A stretch of 50,783 bases of DNA from Minisyncoccota bacterium (GTDB lineage Bacteria; Patescibacteriota; Minisyncoccia; Phycocordibacterales; DATDWN01): NCBI GenBank assembly GCA_036517295.1, contig DATDWZ010000016.1, forward strand, positions 1 to 50,783. Reading direction: 5' to 3'. The first letter of the stretch is position 1. Each line of letters begins with the position of its first letter. The position numbers were made by a program, and so were the translations under genes. Below the pieces are notes generated by a model. It had not been told where the DNA came from and ran no database searches. It was given only the letters and a program-made list of their open reading frames with translations. Below, piece by piece: positions 30,457 to 39,879 of the stretch.

Positions 30457-30888
30457 ATGGGGAAAAAACGAATAGTAACATCAGGAAAGACAGAAGAATC
30501 AAGCTCAAAGGCCGCTACGGTTCCTGCTGTTTCAAAGAGAAAGGTAGAGGTTGGCGGACTTTATGTTGAGTCAACCTATAACAACACAAAAATCGTTCTG
30601 ACAGACAATAAAGGTAATGTCTTGGCCACTTCTTCGTCAGGTTCTATAGGTTTCAAAGGGGCAAAGAAAGGCACTCCTTTCGCTGCAGCAAAGGTGGGTG
30701 AGATCCTCGGCGCAAAAGCTTCTACTATGGGCATGAGAGAGGTTGCAGTAGTGGTAAAAGGTGTCGGTTCGGGTCGGGAATCTGGCATCCGAGGTTTTAT
30801 ATCAAAAGGCATAAACATTACTTCCATAAAAGATGTTACTCCGGTTCCTCACAACGGCCCAAAACCAAAGAAACCCAGACGAGTATAG
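30457..30888 (+). CDS. rpsK: 30S ribosomal protein S11
   Basis: STYNNT, KKGTPFAA, DVTPVPHNG. Confidence 0.97.
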   Translation: MGKKRIVTSGKTEESSSKAATVPAVSKRKVEVGGLYVESTYNNTKIVLTDNKGNVLATSSSGSIGFKGAKKGTPFAAAKVGEILGAKASTMGMREVAVVVKGVGSGRESGIRGFISKGINITSIKDVTPVPHNGPKPKKPRRV

Positions 30889-30967
30889 AACAAGTCGAAA
30901 GTGAAAAGTTAAAAGTATAATACTTAAGACTCCCATCACTTTCAACCTTTAACTTTTAACTAAAATT

Positions 30968-31576
30968 ATGATCATCGGACCAAAATATAGAATAGCGCGA
31001 CGCCTCGGGGCACCAATATTTGAGAAAACTCAAACACAAAAGTATGCCCTTCATTTAGAGCGTAAAGGAAAGAAACGAGGATTTTCCAAACAAAAAACGG
31101 AGTTCGGTCTCCAACTTAACGAAAAGCAGAAAGCTCGATTCACATACGGCTTAGGTGAAAGACAATTTGCAAACTATGTTAAAGAAGCATTAGCAAAGAA
31201 ATCAAGCAACACCTCACAGACGATATTCGAGTTCCTTGAATGCCGTCTTGATAATGTGATTTATCGATTAGGCTTCGCCTCAACTCGCAGTGGTGCACGA
31301 CAAATGGTCTCGCACGGCCATATTTCCGTAAATAGAAAGAGGGTGAACATTCCTTCTCTACGAGTAGTTGTTGGTGACAAGATAGAAATCACTGCCAGAT
31401 CACTACAAAAACCTCTCTTTGCCAACCTAGATGAAAAAATCAAAACCGTTACCGTTCCGTCATGGATAAAGTTTGACGCCGTGAAGAAGAGCGCCGAGAT
31501 TCAGGGGATGCCGAAACTGGTGGGGACGGAGAATATGTTTGATTTGAACACAGTTGTTGAGTTTTATAGCCGTTAG
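30968..31576 (+). CDS. rpsD: 30S ribosomal protein S4
   Basis: QLNEKQK, LECRLDNVIYRLGFA, ARQMVSHGH. Confidence 0.97.
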   Translation: MIIGPKYRIARRLGAPIFEKTQTQKYALHLERKGKKRGFSKQKTEFGLQLNEKQKARFTYGLGERQFANYVKEALAKKSSNTSQTIFEFLECRLDNVIYRLGFASTRSGARQMVSHGHISVNRKRVNIPSLRVVVGDKIEITARSLQKPLFANLDEKIKTVTVPSWIKFDAVKKSAEIQGMPKLVGTENMFDLNTVVEFYSR

Positions 31577-31669
31577 AGTAGGAGGCAGTGGTAAGTGGGC
31601 TTGCTACTAACTGCTAAATAGTGTATATTATTATCCGCGTTTATTTATTAATTTTTTAACTTACCCTAC

Positions 31670-32620
31670 ATGTCTGACTACACAATAGTATTACCATCAA
31701 AGCCTAGGATTGTCTCGGAAGTGGACTTCACCGGCTCATACGAGATCGACGGTTTATACCCCGGCTACGGTCATACATTGGGCAATTCTTTGCGACGCAT
31801 AATTTTGTCTTCTCTTCTGGGTTCTGCTGTAACTTCGGTCAAAATTGCCGGTGTTGCTCACGAGTTTTCTGTGATTCCCGGTATAAAGGAGGATGCCGTG
31901 ACAATTCTTTTGAATCTAAAGAAGGTGCGATTTAATATAGTAGCAGATGAACCTCAGAGACTAAGCCTAAAGGCAAAGGGTGTAAAAGTTGTCACTGCCG
32001 GTGACATAAAACTACCTGGAGGAGTGGAGATACTAAATCCTGACCTCATTATCGCTAACCTGACGGACAAAAATGCCGACTTGGACATGGAAATCACTGC
32101 GGAAAAAGGCCTCGGTTTCGTTCCAAAGGAGGTGTTACAGAAGAATCGAGTGGATATAGGCGCTATCACTCTTGATGCTATTTTCACACCTATCAGACGA
32201 GTCAGTTACGAAGTGGAAAATATGCGAGTCGGAGATAGAACTGACTTCAATAGACTAAAGATTTTTATAGAAACAGATGGAACAATCACTCCCAAACAGG
32301 CTCTTGAGAAATCAATCGAGATGATGATTCACCAACTAAAAGCTATAGTTGGTTTCAAAGAAGAGGAAGTCGTTGTGTCGTTACACAAAGAGGAAGCCGA
32401 TTCAAAAGTAGCCGTTGACGAGGATTCTCTAAAAACCCGCATAGAGACTCTGGATTTGTCTGCTCGAACTCTAAATGCTCTTTCAAACGCAAATATCAGA
32501 ACGGTCGGAGGTTTAGCTCGAAAGAAAGAAAAAGACATCTTGGAAATCGAGGGCCTAGGGACAAAAGGCTTAAACGAAATCAAGAAGATGCTTGAAACAT
32601 TTGGTATAACGCTAAAGTAG
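31670..32620 (+). CDS. rpoA: RNA polymerase alpha subunit
   Basis: GYGHTLGNSLRRIILSS, DAIFTPI, alpha-CTD. Confidence 0.97.
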   Translation: MSDYTIVLPSKPRIVSEVDFTGSYEIDGLYPGYGHTLGNSLRRIILSSLLGSAVTSVKIAGVAHEFSVIPGIKEDAVTILLNLKKVRFNIVADEPQRLSLKAKGVKVVTAGDIKLPGGVEILNPDLIIANLTDKNADLDMEITAEKGLGFVPKEVLQKNRVDIGAITLDAIFTPIRRVSYEVENMRVGDRTDFNRLKIFIETDGTITPKQALEKSIEMMIHQLKAIVGFKEEEVVVSLHKEEADSKVAVDEDSLKTRIETLDLSARTLNALSNANIRTVGGLARKKEKDILEIEGLGTKGLNEIKKMLETFGITLK

Positions 32621-32621
32621 C

Positions 32622-32760
32622 ATGAATCCCGTTAGAGATCACTCAGTTGATTTATAATGGATTAAGTGATATAAAGATGAAGCTTAAATTAATTATTATA
32701 TAAACATAAGGTACGGAAATGCCTCGTATTTTCGAGGGATTTCCTATCTCTAACGGGATG
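32622..32760 (+). mobile_element. Family A start-codon element, copy 3 (before rplQ)
   Basis: ATGAATCCCGTTAGAGAT...ATCTCTAACGGG-ATG. Confidence 0.85.
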
Positions 32761-33105
32761 AATCACCACAAAGCAACCAGAAAATTCGGTCGGGTAAAAA
32801 AGGTGCGAGATGGACTTATGAAATCCCTTGCTTTGTCCTTGGTGTTGAAAGAAAAGATAAAAACAACCGATGCAAAGGCTCGGGAATTACGACCTATGGC
32901 TGAAAAATTAATCACTCTTGGACGATTAGGAACTGTGGCCTCACGAAGACTTCTTGTCTCTAGAATTGGCGTTTTAGGTGCGGAAAAAATTGTTAAAGAC
33001 TTGGCTCCAAAATATAAAGGTAGGGCCGGTGGATACACCAGAATCACAAAGTTGCAGGCCCGTCTTTCAGATGGTAGTCTTATAGCCGTGATAGAGTTCG
33101 TCTAA
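32758..33105 (+). CDS. rplQ: 50S ribosomal protein L17 (track start 32719 lies inside the element)
   Basis: MNHHKATRKFGR, IKTTDAKA, GGYTRI. Confidence 0.95.
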   Translation: MNHHKATRKFGRVKKVRDGLMKSLALSLVLKEKIKTTDAKARELRPMAEKLITLGRLGTVASRRLLVSRIGVLGAEKIVKDLAPKYKGRAGGYTRITKLQARLSDGSLIAVIEFV

Positions 33106-33134
33106 CTTTACGAACTTTATAGACTTTTAACTTT

Positions 33135-33485
33135 ATGACTAAATTATACACGCTAGACGCAGAAAATAAGAAAATCGGACGAGTGGCTACACAGGCTGCG
33201 GTTTATTTGATGGGTAAAAATGAGCCTCTTTTTGCTCGAAATAACATTCCCGATGTTCGAGTCGAGATCAAAAATGCTGGAAAGGCTTCTGTAGATGAGA
33301 AGAAAAAGGAACAGAAGACGTACAGCAGATACTCCGGATATCCGGGAGGATTGCGACAGCCTACCATGCAGGAGGTTATAGATAAGAAGGGTTACAAGGA
33401 ACTTTTCAAGGAAGCTGTTTCGGGGATGCTCCCAAAAAATAAACTTCGACAGAAAATGATGAATAATCTTATTGTTACAGAGTAA
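33135..33485 (+). CDS. rplM: 50S ribosomal protein L13
   Basis: LDAENKKIGRVAT, YSGYPGGL, GMLPKNKL. Confidence 0.95.
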   Translation: MTKLYTLDAENKKIGRVATQAAVYLMGKNEPLFARNNIPDVRVEIKNAGKASVDEKKKEQKTYSRYSGYPGGLRQPTMQEVIDKKGYKELFKEAVSGMLPKNKLRQKMMNNLIVTE

Positions 33486-33500
33486 CAATATTTCAAAAAC

Positions 33501-33923
33501 ATGGAAGCCACAATTACAAAAAAAGAGAAAATAGAGCGGTACATAGAAGCGGTAGGTCGCCGAAAGACGGCCGTTGCTCGGGTTCGCATAACCCCGGCCA
33601 CAAAGACCAGTGTTTTGGTGAACGATAGGGAATTGGATAAATATTTTACTGTAAAAGAAATGGCAAATATTGCCATGCAACCTTTTGTGGAAGCAAACGA
33701 ACCTCAGAAGTTTAAGGTTACTGTCATGGTTAACGGTGGTGGTATGCATTCAGGCGCTGAAGCCGTTCGACATGGTATCGCCCGAGCGCTTGTTCTATAC
33801 AGCGCCAACCTTCGAAAAACCCTCAAAAAAGCCGGTTACTTGAAGCGAGATCCTCGCGCAAAAGAACGAAGAAAGTTCGGTCTGAAGAAAGCAAGGAAGG
33901 CTCCACAGTGGTCGAAACGATAA
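33501..33923 (+). CDS. rpsI: 30S ribosomal protein S9
   Basis: GRRKTAVARV, ERRKFGLKKARKAPQWSKR. Confidence 0.97.
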   Translation: MEATITKKEKIERYIEAVGRRKTAVARVRITPATKTSVLVNDRELDKYFTVKEMANIAMQPFVEANEPQKFKVTVMVNGGGMHSGAEAVRHGIARALVLYSANLRKTLKKAGYLKRDPRAKERRKFGLKKARKAPQWSKR

Positions 33924-34108
33924 GAAAGAGCCCACCACTCTGAAAAGTTTTGTGCGTCACATTGGAGTAAGCGTTAAAACAAAAGCACCCCAGAGTTTTT
34001 CTGTTAATTCACTCCATTTTAACTTAACTAAGTCTTGCCCAGTTGACTAACTAGTCGGCTAACATCCATAATTTACTACAATATATCGTAGTAAATTATT
34101 TTATACTT

Positions 34109-34138
34109 TTACACTATACGATTAATCGTATAGTGTAA
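34109..34138. repeat. Perfect 30-bp palindrome
   Basis: TTACACTATACGATTAATCGTATAGTGTAA is its own reverse complement. Confidence 0.85.
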
Positions 34139-34224
34139 GGCTTATCCTTGATTTCAGTTCGGGGGTAATTTTACATAGGAAGACCGCCGATCGTGCCGGT
34201 TTTATCCGTAGTACGATGGGCGGT

Positions 34225-34470
34225 TCAGAGCTTCTTCCCACAGAAGGGACAGAAGTGAATCTTGACTCTTTTACTCACGGCCTCGCCAGACTTTGGCGCG
34301 ATGAGCGAAACCATGAGGTGTGCCCGTTTACCGACAATGGCCACCCGGCCAGTTTCTTGCTCTAAACTCCCCAGTTCTGTTCTTGCAACGGTGTCGGTGC
34401 GATTCCATGAAGGTCCTCCTAACAAATTATCGCATAATATATCACCAACAGCGAACTTATTTTGAGCCAT
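34225..34470 (-). CDS. Orphan with C-terminal FCPFCGKKL zinc-ribbon-like motif
   Basis: 81-aa ORF, downstream hairpin ACCGCC/GGCGGT. Confidence 0.55.
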   Translation of the reverse strand: MAQNKFAVGDILCDNLLGGPSWNRTDTVARTELGSLEQETGRVAIVGKRAHLMVSLIAPKSGEAVSKRVKIHFCPFCGKKL

Positions 34471-34498
34471 TTGATTTTCGTGTTAAAATAGCAAAACT

Positions 34499-35056
34499 AT
34501 GAAAAATATGGCTAAAAATATTGAGATTGAGCACAGAGCCAGGTTTTCTCTGAAGAAATACAGCGACCTAGGCCGGTTTCTAAAATCCAAAGCCAAAGAC
34601 CTCGGCGCAAACGACCAAAGAGTGTGGTTTTTTGTCATGCCAGACAAACTGCTCAAAGTCACACATAACATGACTAAAGGAAACGGCAAACTAACTCTTA
34701 AATTAACAAAAATCGGAAAGGGGAATCATTTCAAGGAAATAGAGTTTCCAATCGACGAGAAAAATATTGAAAAAGCGGTTGAGATGTTCAATGCTCTTGG
34801 TTACAAGTGTTTATATGAGCCAAAAATCCTGAGACATAACTACATGTACAAAGGTGTGGAGTTGGCGCTGAAGTATAGCAAAACTTGGGGTTATCATTTA
34901 GAATTAGAAGTGCTGGTCAATTCGCTAAAAGATAAGCCAAAAGCGGAAGAGAAAATAAATCTTGTGGCCGCGGAACTCAGAATACATGTTATGGCAGAAA
35001 AAGAGTTGTGGAAGTTTACACAAAATATAGAAAAGACATATAAAAACCCAAAATAA
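34499..35056 (+). CDS. CYTH-domain protein
   Basis: IEIEHR N-terminus, KEIEF, GYHLELE. Confidence 0.75.
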   Translation: MKNMAKNIEIEHRARFSLKKYSDLGRFLKSKAKDLGANDQRVWFFVMPDKLLKVTHNMTKGNGKLTLKLTKIGKGNHFKEIEFPIDEKNIEKAVEMFNALGYKCLYEPKILRHNYMYKGVELALKYSKTWGYHLELEVLVNSLKDKPKAEEKINLVAAELRIHVMAEKELWKFTQNIEKTYKNPK

Positions 35057-35057
35057 C

Positions 35058-35645
35058 ATGACAGATGATGAGAAAAATCTGAATACAGAGCCTGAGATAG
35101 ACACCGATGCCGGAGATGATGTCGTGTTTGAGGACAATACCGAGGTAACTGGGATGGATTATGCTGTAAAAACTGCCAAACTGAAGGTGCAAATAAAAGA
35201 CTTGCAAAAGAAGAATGCCGAACTCCTTGATTCATGGCAGAGAGATAAGGCCGATTTTGTAAACCTAAGAAAGAGAGATGAGGAAATAAAGAAAGAGTTC
35301 GTTAAATTCTCAAAATCCGAAATCATAGCCGAGATTATTCCTACACTAGACTCTTTCGATTCTGCTTTCAAAAACAAGGAAGCCTGGGAAAAAGTGGATA
35401 AAAACTGGCGAGTCGGTGTGGAATACATCCACTCCCAACTTCTTGCTATTCTCACCAATCACGGGTTAAAGGTTATAAATCCTTTGGGTCAGGTTTATGA
35501 TCACGCTCGCGACGAAGCAGTAGAAACGGTTAAGGTTGACAGTAAGTCCGAAGATGGTAAAATACTGGATGTGGTGCAAGTTGGGTATGAACTTAACGGT
35601 AAAGAGATACGGGCGCCGAAGGTCAAAGTCGGCCACTTGACGTAG
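35058..35645 (+). CDS. grpE: Nucleotide exchange factor GrpE
   Basis: ADFVNLRKR, VVQVGYEL..IRAPKVKV. Confidence 0.93.
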   Translation: MTDDEKNLNTEPEIDTDAGDDVVFEDNTEVTGMDYAVKTAKLKVQIKDLQKKNAELLDSWQRDKADFVNLRKRDEEIKKEFVKFSKSEIIAEIIPTLDSFDSAFKNKEAWEKVDKNWRVGVEYIHSQLLAILTNHGLKVINPLGQVYDHARDEAVETVKVDSKSEDGKILDVVQVGYELNGKEIRAPKVKVGHLT

Positions 35646-35646
35646 C

Positions 35647-35668
35647 TGATACACTTTTGATACACTTT
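35647..35668 (+). promoter_or_regulatory. Tandem 11-bp direct repeat, likely TA operator
   Basis: TGATACACTTT x2 ending 5 nt before antitoxin ATG. Confidence 0.55.
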
Positions 35669-35673
35669 ATACT

Positions 35674-35901
35674 ATGGCTACAATAAAACAAAGGATAAAC
35701 ATTACTGCAAACGAAAGTGTTGAGAAGATGATAAAACACTTGGCAAAGAGGGATAACATGCCTGTTTCTGCTAAGGCACTCGATCTTTTACGCCTAGCTT
35801 TAGATTTGGAAGAAGATATGATTTGGGCAAATATAGCAGACAAGAGAAAAGATAACGGCCCGTACATAGAGCATGAAAAATTCTGGAAAGGAAAAATATG
35901 A
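35674..35901 (+). CDS. Putative RHH-type antitoxin
   Basis: 75 aa, RINIT beta strand, acidic LDLEED, overlaps toxin. Confidence 0.72.
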   Translation: MATIKQRINITANESVEKMIKHLAKRDNMPVSAKALDLLRLALDLEEDMIWANIADKRKDNGPYIEHEKFWKGKI

Positions 35902-36166
35902 AGTTTTCTATCATAAGCTGGTTAAGGATGACATATTAAAAATTGACCAGCAAATGTTAAGAAAGATATACGCTGCTATCATAAGTAAACTTGTTTTAGC
36001 TCCAAATATATATGGTTTACCCTTACACGGAGTACTGAAAAAATACTGGAAATTTAGGGTCAGTGATTACAGAATAATTTATTTGATCGAAAATAAAAGA
36101 ATATTGATTAAAATAATAGGGCACAGGAAAGACGTGTATAATACAATAAACAGAAGAATTGATTAA
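35873..36166 (+). CDS. RelE/ParE-family toxin
   Basis: GLPLHG.L..YWKFRVSDYRIIY..IGHRKDVY. Confidence 0.88.
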   Translation: MKNSGKEKYEVFYHKLVKDDILKIDQQMLRKIYAAIISKLVLAPNIYGLPLHGVLKKYWKFRVSDYRIIYLIENKRILIKIIGHRKDVYNTINRRID

Positions 36167-36171
36167 ATAAT

Positions 36172-36462
36172 ATGCAGATAATACAGTCAAAAGGGAATAT
36201 TGTAGAAAAGGTTCTTCGGGACAAAGAAGGGCGACTTATTCGTGCTCGATTTTATGTGTATGAAAATGCTGGAAGAATAAAGGCGAGACTTATTGATTTT
36301 ACATATGTATATGAACTTGTCGGTCGCGGAGTTTCTGCTCTATCTGGATTTATAAAAAAAATAATAGTTTGGACAAGAGCACTTAACCAACCTGTTTTCT
36401 CTCAGTTTGTTTTTAAAAGTATTTATATGTCAGGCTCTAAACCCAGAGCACCCACTCTATAA
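36172..36462 (+). CDS. Hypothetical protein
   Basis: 96-aa ORF with host-like composition upstream of dnaK. Confidence 0.6.
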   Translation: MQIIQSKGNIVEKVLRDKEGRLIRARFYVYENAGRIKARLIDFTYVYELVGRGVSALSGFIKKIIVWTRALNQPVFSQFVFKSIYMSGSKPRAPTL

Positions 36463-36500
36463 TTTAATTTGTTTTTATTAAAAACTAATTAAATTAAATT

Positions 36501-38411
36501 ATGGCAAAAACTATTGGTATCGACCTAGGTACTACAAACAGTGCTGTTGCGGTCATGGAAGCCGGACAGCCTAAAATACTGGAAAATGCAGAAGGTGCAA
36601 GAACTACACCCTCTATCGTTGCTGTCTCAAAAACAGGTGAAAGACTTGTGGGGCTTTTGGCAAAGCGACAGGCAGTTACCAACCCAAAGAACACAGTTTT
36701 CGGTATAAAACGATTTATTGGTCACACGTTTGACGATGAAGCGGTTCAGAAAGACAAAAAAATCGTGCCTTTTGAGGTTATGAAATCAGCAACAAACGGG
36801 GTGAAGGTAAAAATCTCCGATAAAGAATATTCTCCAGAAGAGATCTCGGCCATGGTCCTCTCAAAGATAAAGGCTGATGTCGAAGCAAAGACCGGCGACA
36901 AGGTAACACAAGCAATCATTACTGTTCCGGCATACTTTAACGATGCCCAGAGACAGGCCACGAAAGACGCCGGTGCTATCGCCGGTCTCGAGGTATTGCG
37001 AATAATAAACGAGCCGACAGCCGCGGCACTTGCCTACGGCTTCGACAAAGGCAAAAAAGAGGAAAAGATCGTAGTCTTCGACTTCGGTGGTGGTACATTC
37101 GATGTTTCTGTTCTCGAAGTTGGCGATGCGGTTATAGAAGTGAAATCTACAGACGGGGACTCACACCTTGGAGGTAAGGACATCGACCAGAAAATCATAA
37201 ACTTCTTGGCAGATGAGTTCAAGAAAGAGTCCGGTATCGATTTACGTTCTGACACGCTCGCGTTACAGCGACTGGACGAAGCGGCAGAAAAAGCAAAGAT
37301 CGAACTCTCAACCGCGATGGAGTCAGAAGTGAACATTCCGTTCATCACATCAGACGCTTCTGGCCCACGACACTTGCTTATAAAAATCACTCGAGCAAAA
37401 CTTGAGGAGCTTACGGCAGAATTCATCGACCGTGCGATGTCTATCACAAAACGAGCGATGGAAGCATCAGGCTTCAAGACATCCGATATAAATGAAGTTA
37501 TCCTCGTTGGTGGCCAGACTCGCATGCCAAAGATGTCGGATGCTGTTAAAACATACTTCGGCAAAGACCCGAATAAGTCTATCAACCCGGACGAAGTTGT
37601 GGCTCTCGGAGCGGCTATCCAGGGTGGTATTTTGTCAGGAGATGTCAAAGATGTGCTTCTTCTCGATGTTATACCTCTGTCGCTCGGTATAGAGACTATG
37701 GGGGGCGTTGCTACAAAGCTTGTAGAGCGAAATACGACCATTCCGGCATCACGCTCACAGGTGTTCTCGACCGCAGCAGACAACCAAACATCTGTGGAAA
37801 TCCACATCGTTCAAGGGGAACGAGCAATGGCCACTGACAATAAATCACTCGGACGGTTTATTCTCGACGGTATTCCACCGGCTCCGCGAGGCATGCCTCA
37901 GGTTGAGGTTATGTTCGATGTCGATGCAAATGGTATTTTATCAGTCAAAGCGAAAGACAAGGCGACAAACAAAGAGCAATCAATCCGTATAGAAGCACGC
38001 TCATCTCTTTCGAAAGATGAGATTGAGAAAATGCAAAAAGACGCCGAAATGCATGCTAGTGACGACTTGAAGAAAAAGGATTTGGTTGAAGCGAGAAATA
38101 TCGCTGAGCAACTCGTTTACACAGCGGAGAAATCTCTTCGCGATGCGGGAGATAAAGTTCCCACCGAACTCCGTGCAACGATTGAAAATAAAGTCACTGA
38201 TGTAAAAACTGCGCAAAAAGGCGAAGATATGGAGCAGATAAAAAAGACTACGACCGAACTCTCGACTGAACTACAAAAGATTGGCGAGATAATCAATAAA
38301 GCTTCACAAGAACAAGCACAATCTCAAACCTCACCGAAAGAGGGAGACCCTTCGACTAGCTCAGGACAAGACGGCCCTGTTCGTGACGCGGATTTTGAGG
38401 AGAAAAAGTAG
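36501..38411 (+). CDS. dnaK: Chaperone DnaK
   Basis: [32 protein letters not shown]. Confidence 0.98.
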   Translation: MAKTIGIDLGTTNSAVAVMEAGQPKILENAEGARTTPSIVAVSKTGERLVGLLAKRQAVTNPKNTVFGIKRFIGHTFDDEAVQKDKKIVPFEVMKSATNGVKVKISDKEYSPEEISAMVLSKIKADVEAKTGDKVTQAIITVPAYFNDAQRQATKDAGAIAGLEVLRIINEPTAAALAYGFDKGKKEEKIVVFDFGGGTFDVSVLEVGDAVIEVKSTDGDSHLGGKDIDQKIINFLADEFKKESGIDLRSDTLALQRLDEAAEKAKIELSTAMESEVNIPFITSDASGPRHLLIKITRAKLEELTAEFIDRAMSITKRAMEASGFKTSDINEVILVGGQTRMPKMSDAVKTYFGKDPNKSINPDEVVALGAAIQGGILSGDVKDVLLLDVIPLSLGIETMGGVATKLVERNTTIPASRSQVFSTAADNQTSVEIHIVQGERAMATDNKSLGRFILDGIPPAPRGMPQVEVMFDVDANGILSVKAKDKATNKEQSIRIEARSSLSKDEIEKMQKDAEMHASDDLKKKDLVEARNIAEQLVYTAEKSLRDAGDKVPTELRATIENKVTDVKTAQKGEDMEQIKKTTTELSTELQKIGEIINKASQEQAQSQTSPKEGDPSTSSGQDGPVRDADFEEKK

Positions 38412-38435
38412 GGTACAGAAAAACCACTAAAGAAA

Positions 38436-38470
38436 CAACGCCTGGTCCCCATATTGGGAACCGGGCGTTG
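38436..38470. terminator. Hairpin between convergent dnaK and orphan array
   Basis: CAACGCCTGGTCCCC/GGGAACCGGGCGTTG imperfect stem. Confidence 0.65.
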
Positions 38471-38509
38471 CTGTCGTGCTTGGAACATTGCTTTGAACCT
38501 CTTGATGGC

Positions 38510-38770
38510 CTATTCGACCATGTCTTCGGGTGCGAGCTCCCGTCGCGGAGCCGGCATGGGCGCCGTTCCGGCCAGTTCCGGCACTTCCGGTGTCGTCACG
38601 TTCGCTTCGCGGGCCGTGGCGGCCTGTTCATGGTGATAGCGCACCACCCCTTGCTTGACTGCCTCGTCGACTTCCTGCACATCAAGTCGTCCGAGGGTTT
38701 GAGCGATTTTTTGCACGGCCTCGCCCAGTGTGAGCTGGGTGAGTGTTCCTGGTGTTCTGCCTCGATCCAT
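38510..38770 (-). CDS. GC-rich orphan; frame ambiguous, coding region may extend beyond this ORF
   Basis: GGAGG SD before ATG 38770; several overlapping open frames. Confidence 0.4.
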   Translation of the reverse strand: MDRGRTPGTLTQLTLGEAVQKIAQTLGRLDVQEVDEAVKQGVVRYHHEQAATAREANVTTPEVPELAGTAPMPAPRRELAPEDMVE

Positions 38771-38913
38771 TGGTGGGATCCTCCATGTGATCCAGTATCC
38801 ATATTGCCTGATTCTTGAACATTGTCAATCAGATACCTGAAAGGACGTGAGAGGTTGCTTGGTTCTGTGAACTTGCAACATCACGCCCTTTTGAAAAACT
38901 TTCTCGAGCCGTT

Positions 38914-39381
38914 CTACTTCACTCCGCCGTGGAAAGCGTCGCGCGATTTCCGCGCGATTTCCCTGACTCGTTCATCCAGTTGTCTACGAGTCATTACTCC
39001 GACGACGCCACCCTTGTGGCTTTGAAACAGAAGTGCTCGTCCGATCTTCGGACACCACATCGCCCAGAAGCGCCGACCCTTGAGACACACAGTGATTCTC
39101 GTACATCTCCCGCATGGGCAAATGTGCCAGGTCAGCCTCGGCGCTTTTGAGTACTCCTTGTACTCGTCACGAATTGTCTTGTTCACATCGACCACTGACT
39201 TGTGACTGAACTTCCCGACATGGAAACCCCAGCCGGCGTGCTTGGTGAAGAGGAGGTGTGGTCCAGCGCCCATAATCTGACCTCTCCAGAAGTATCGGCC
39301 ACGGTAGATGGTTTCCCAACCGGCACATCCGCAGTAGCAGAAGTGCCACAAGATTTGCTTATTCCGTCGCTGTTTTGGCAT
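38914..39381 (-). CDS. GC-rich orphan with duplicated WH.C.CG motif
   Basis: AAGGGG SD; WHFCYCGC..GRYFW and WHICPCGRC..GRRFW. Confidence 0.6.
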   Translation of the reverse strand: MPKQRRNKQILWHFCYCGCAGWETIYRGRYFWRGQIMGAGPHLLFTKHAGWGFHVGKFSHKSVVDVNKTIRDEYKEYSKAPRLTWHICPCGRCTRITVCLKGRRFWAMWCPKIGRALLFQSHKGGVVGVMTRRQLDERVREIARKSRDAFHGGVK

Positions 39382-39433
39382 AAACCCCTTTCGTTACTCT
39401 CTGTTATCCAGAATACTCCTTAATCTAAATCGG

Positions 39434-39509
39434 TCAACCCGGTAGTAGATTTTAGCATTGCAGGAATTACCTGCGCAGAGCGCTATGCCAAAATTCACTA
39501 CCAGATCAA
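39434..39509 (-). mobile_element. Family B element, copy 2
   Basis: Reverse-complement match to 7414-7488, flanked by TCAA repeats (TTGA on minus). Confidence 0.72.
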
Positions 39510-39558
39510 ATGCACAAAACCCGCCAGACGCAACGGATTCGGTGCGGGCGGGTTGGTC

Positions 39559-39879
39559 TTACTCGGGTGATTGCAAGTACACCCTTTCTCGACAGAGAAT
39601 GGTTGCCGCCGAAGCATACACGATGATGTTTTCACGGTACACTTCGGAGAGGCTTGTTGCCAGACGACTGACGACCTCGCTCATCCTCGCGATGATTGCG
39701 TCGCTGTCGAGGTCGGCCTCGACGCACTCCACGGCTGTGTCGTAGAGCACCTTCTTTATCTCCCTGTGTTCGACGAATACCGGCCACGGGAACTTCAGAA
39801 GGAAATCATCGAGCGACTTGCGGAGCTTGCAGGCATGCGGGTCGAAGTAGCGGAGTTCCTGTTGAGCTGGACTCGTCAC
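39559..39879 (-). CDS. GC-rich helical orphan, paralog of upstream ORF
   Basis: ATGA-coupled to 39876..40184; shared motifs. Confidence 0.6.
   Translation of the reverse strand: MTSPAQQELRYFDPHACKLRKSLDDFLLKFPWPVFVEHREIKKVLYDTAVECVEADLDSDAIIARMSEVVSRLATSLSEVYRENIIVYASAATILCRERVYLQSPE

Noticed and set aside
31570-31579. CCGTTAGAGT at rpsD stop resembling family A left end
   Set aside because: Explained by S4 C-terminal SR* codons; no right repeat downstream.
32719-32757. N-terminal extension [13 protein letters not shown] on L17
   Set aside because: Encoded by the inserted element; conserved L17 starts at 32758. Use of the upstream ATG is unproven.
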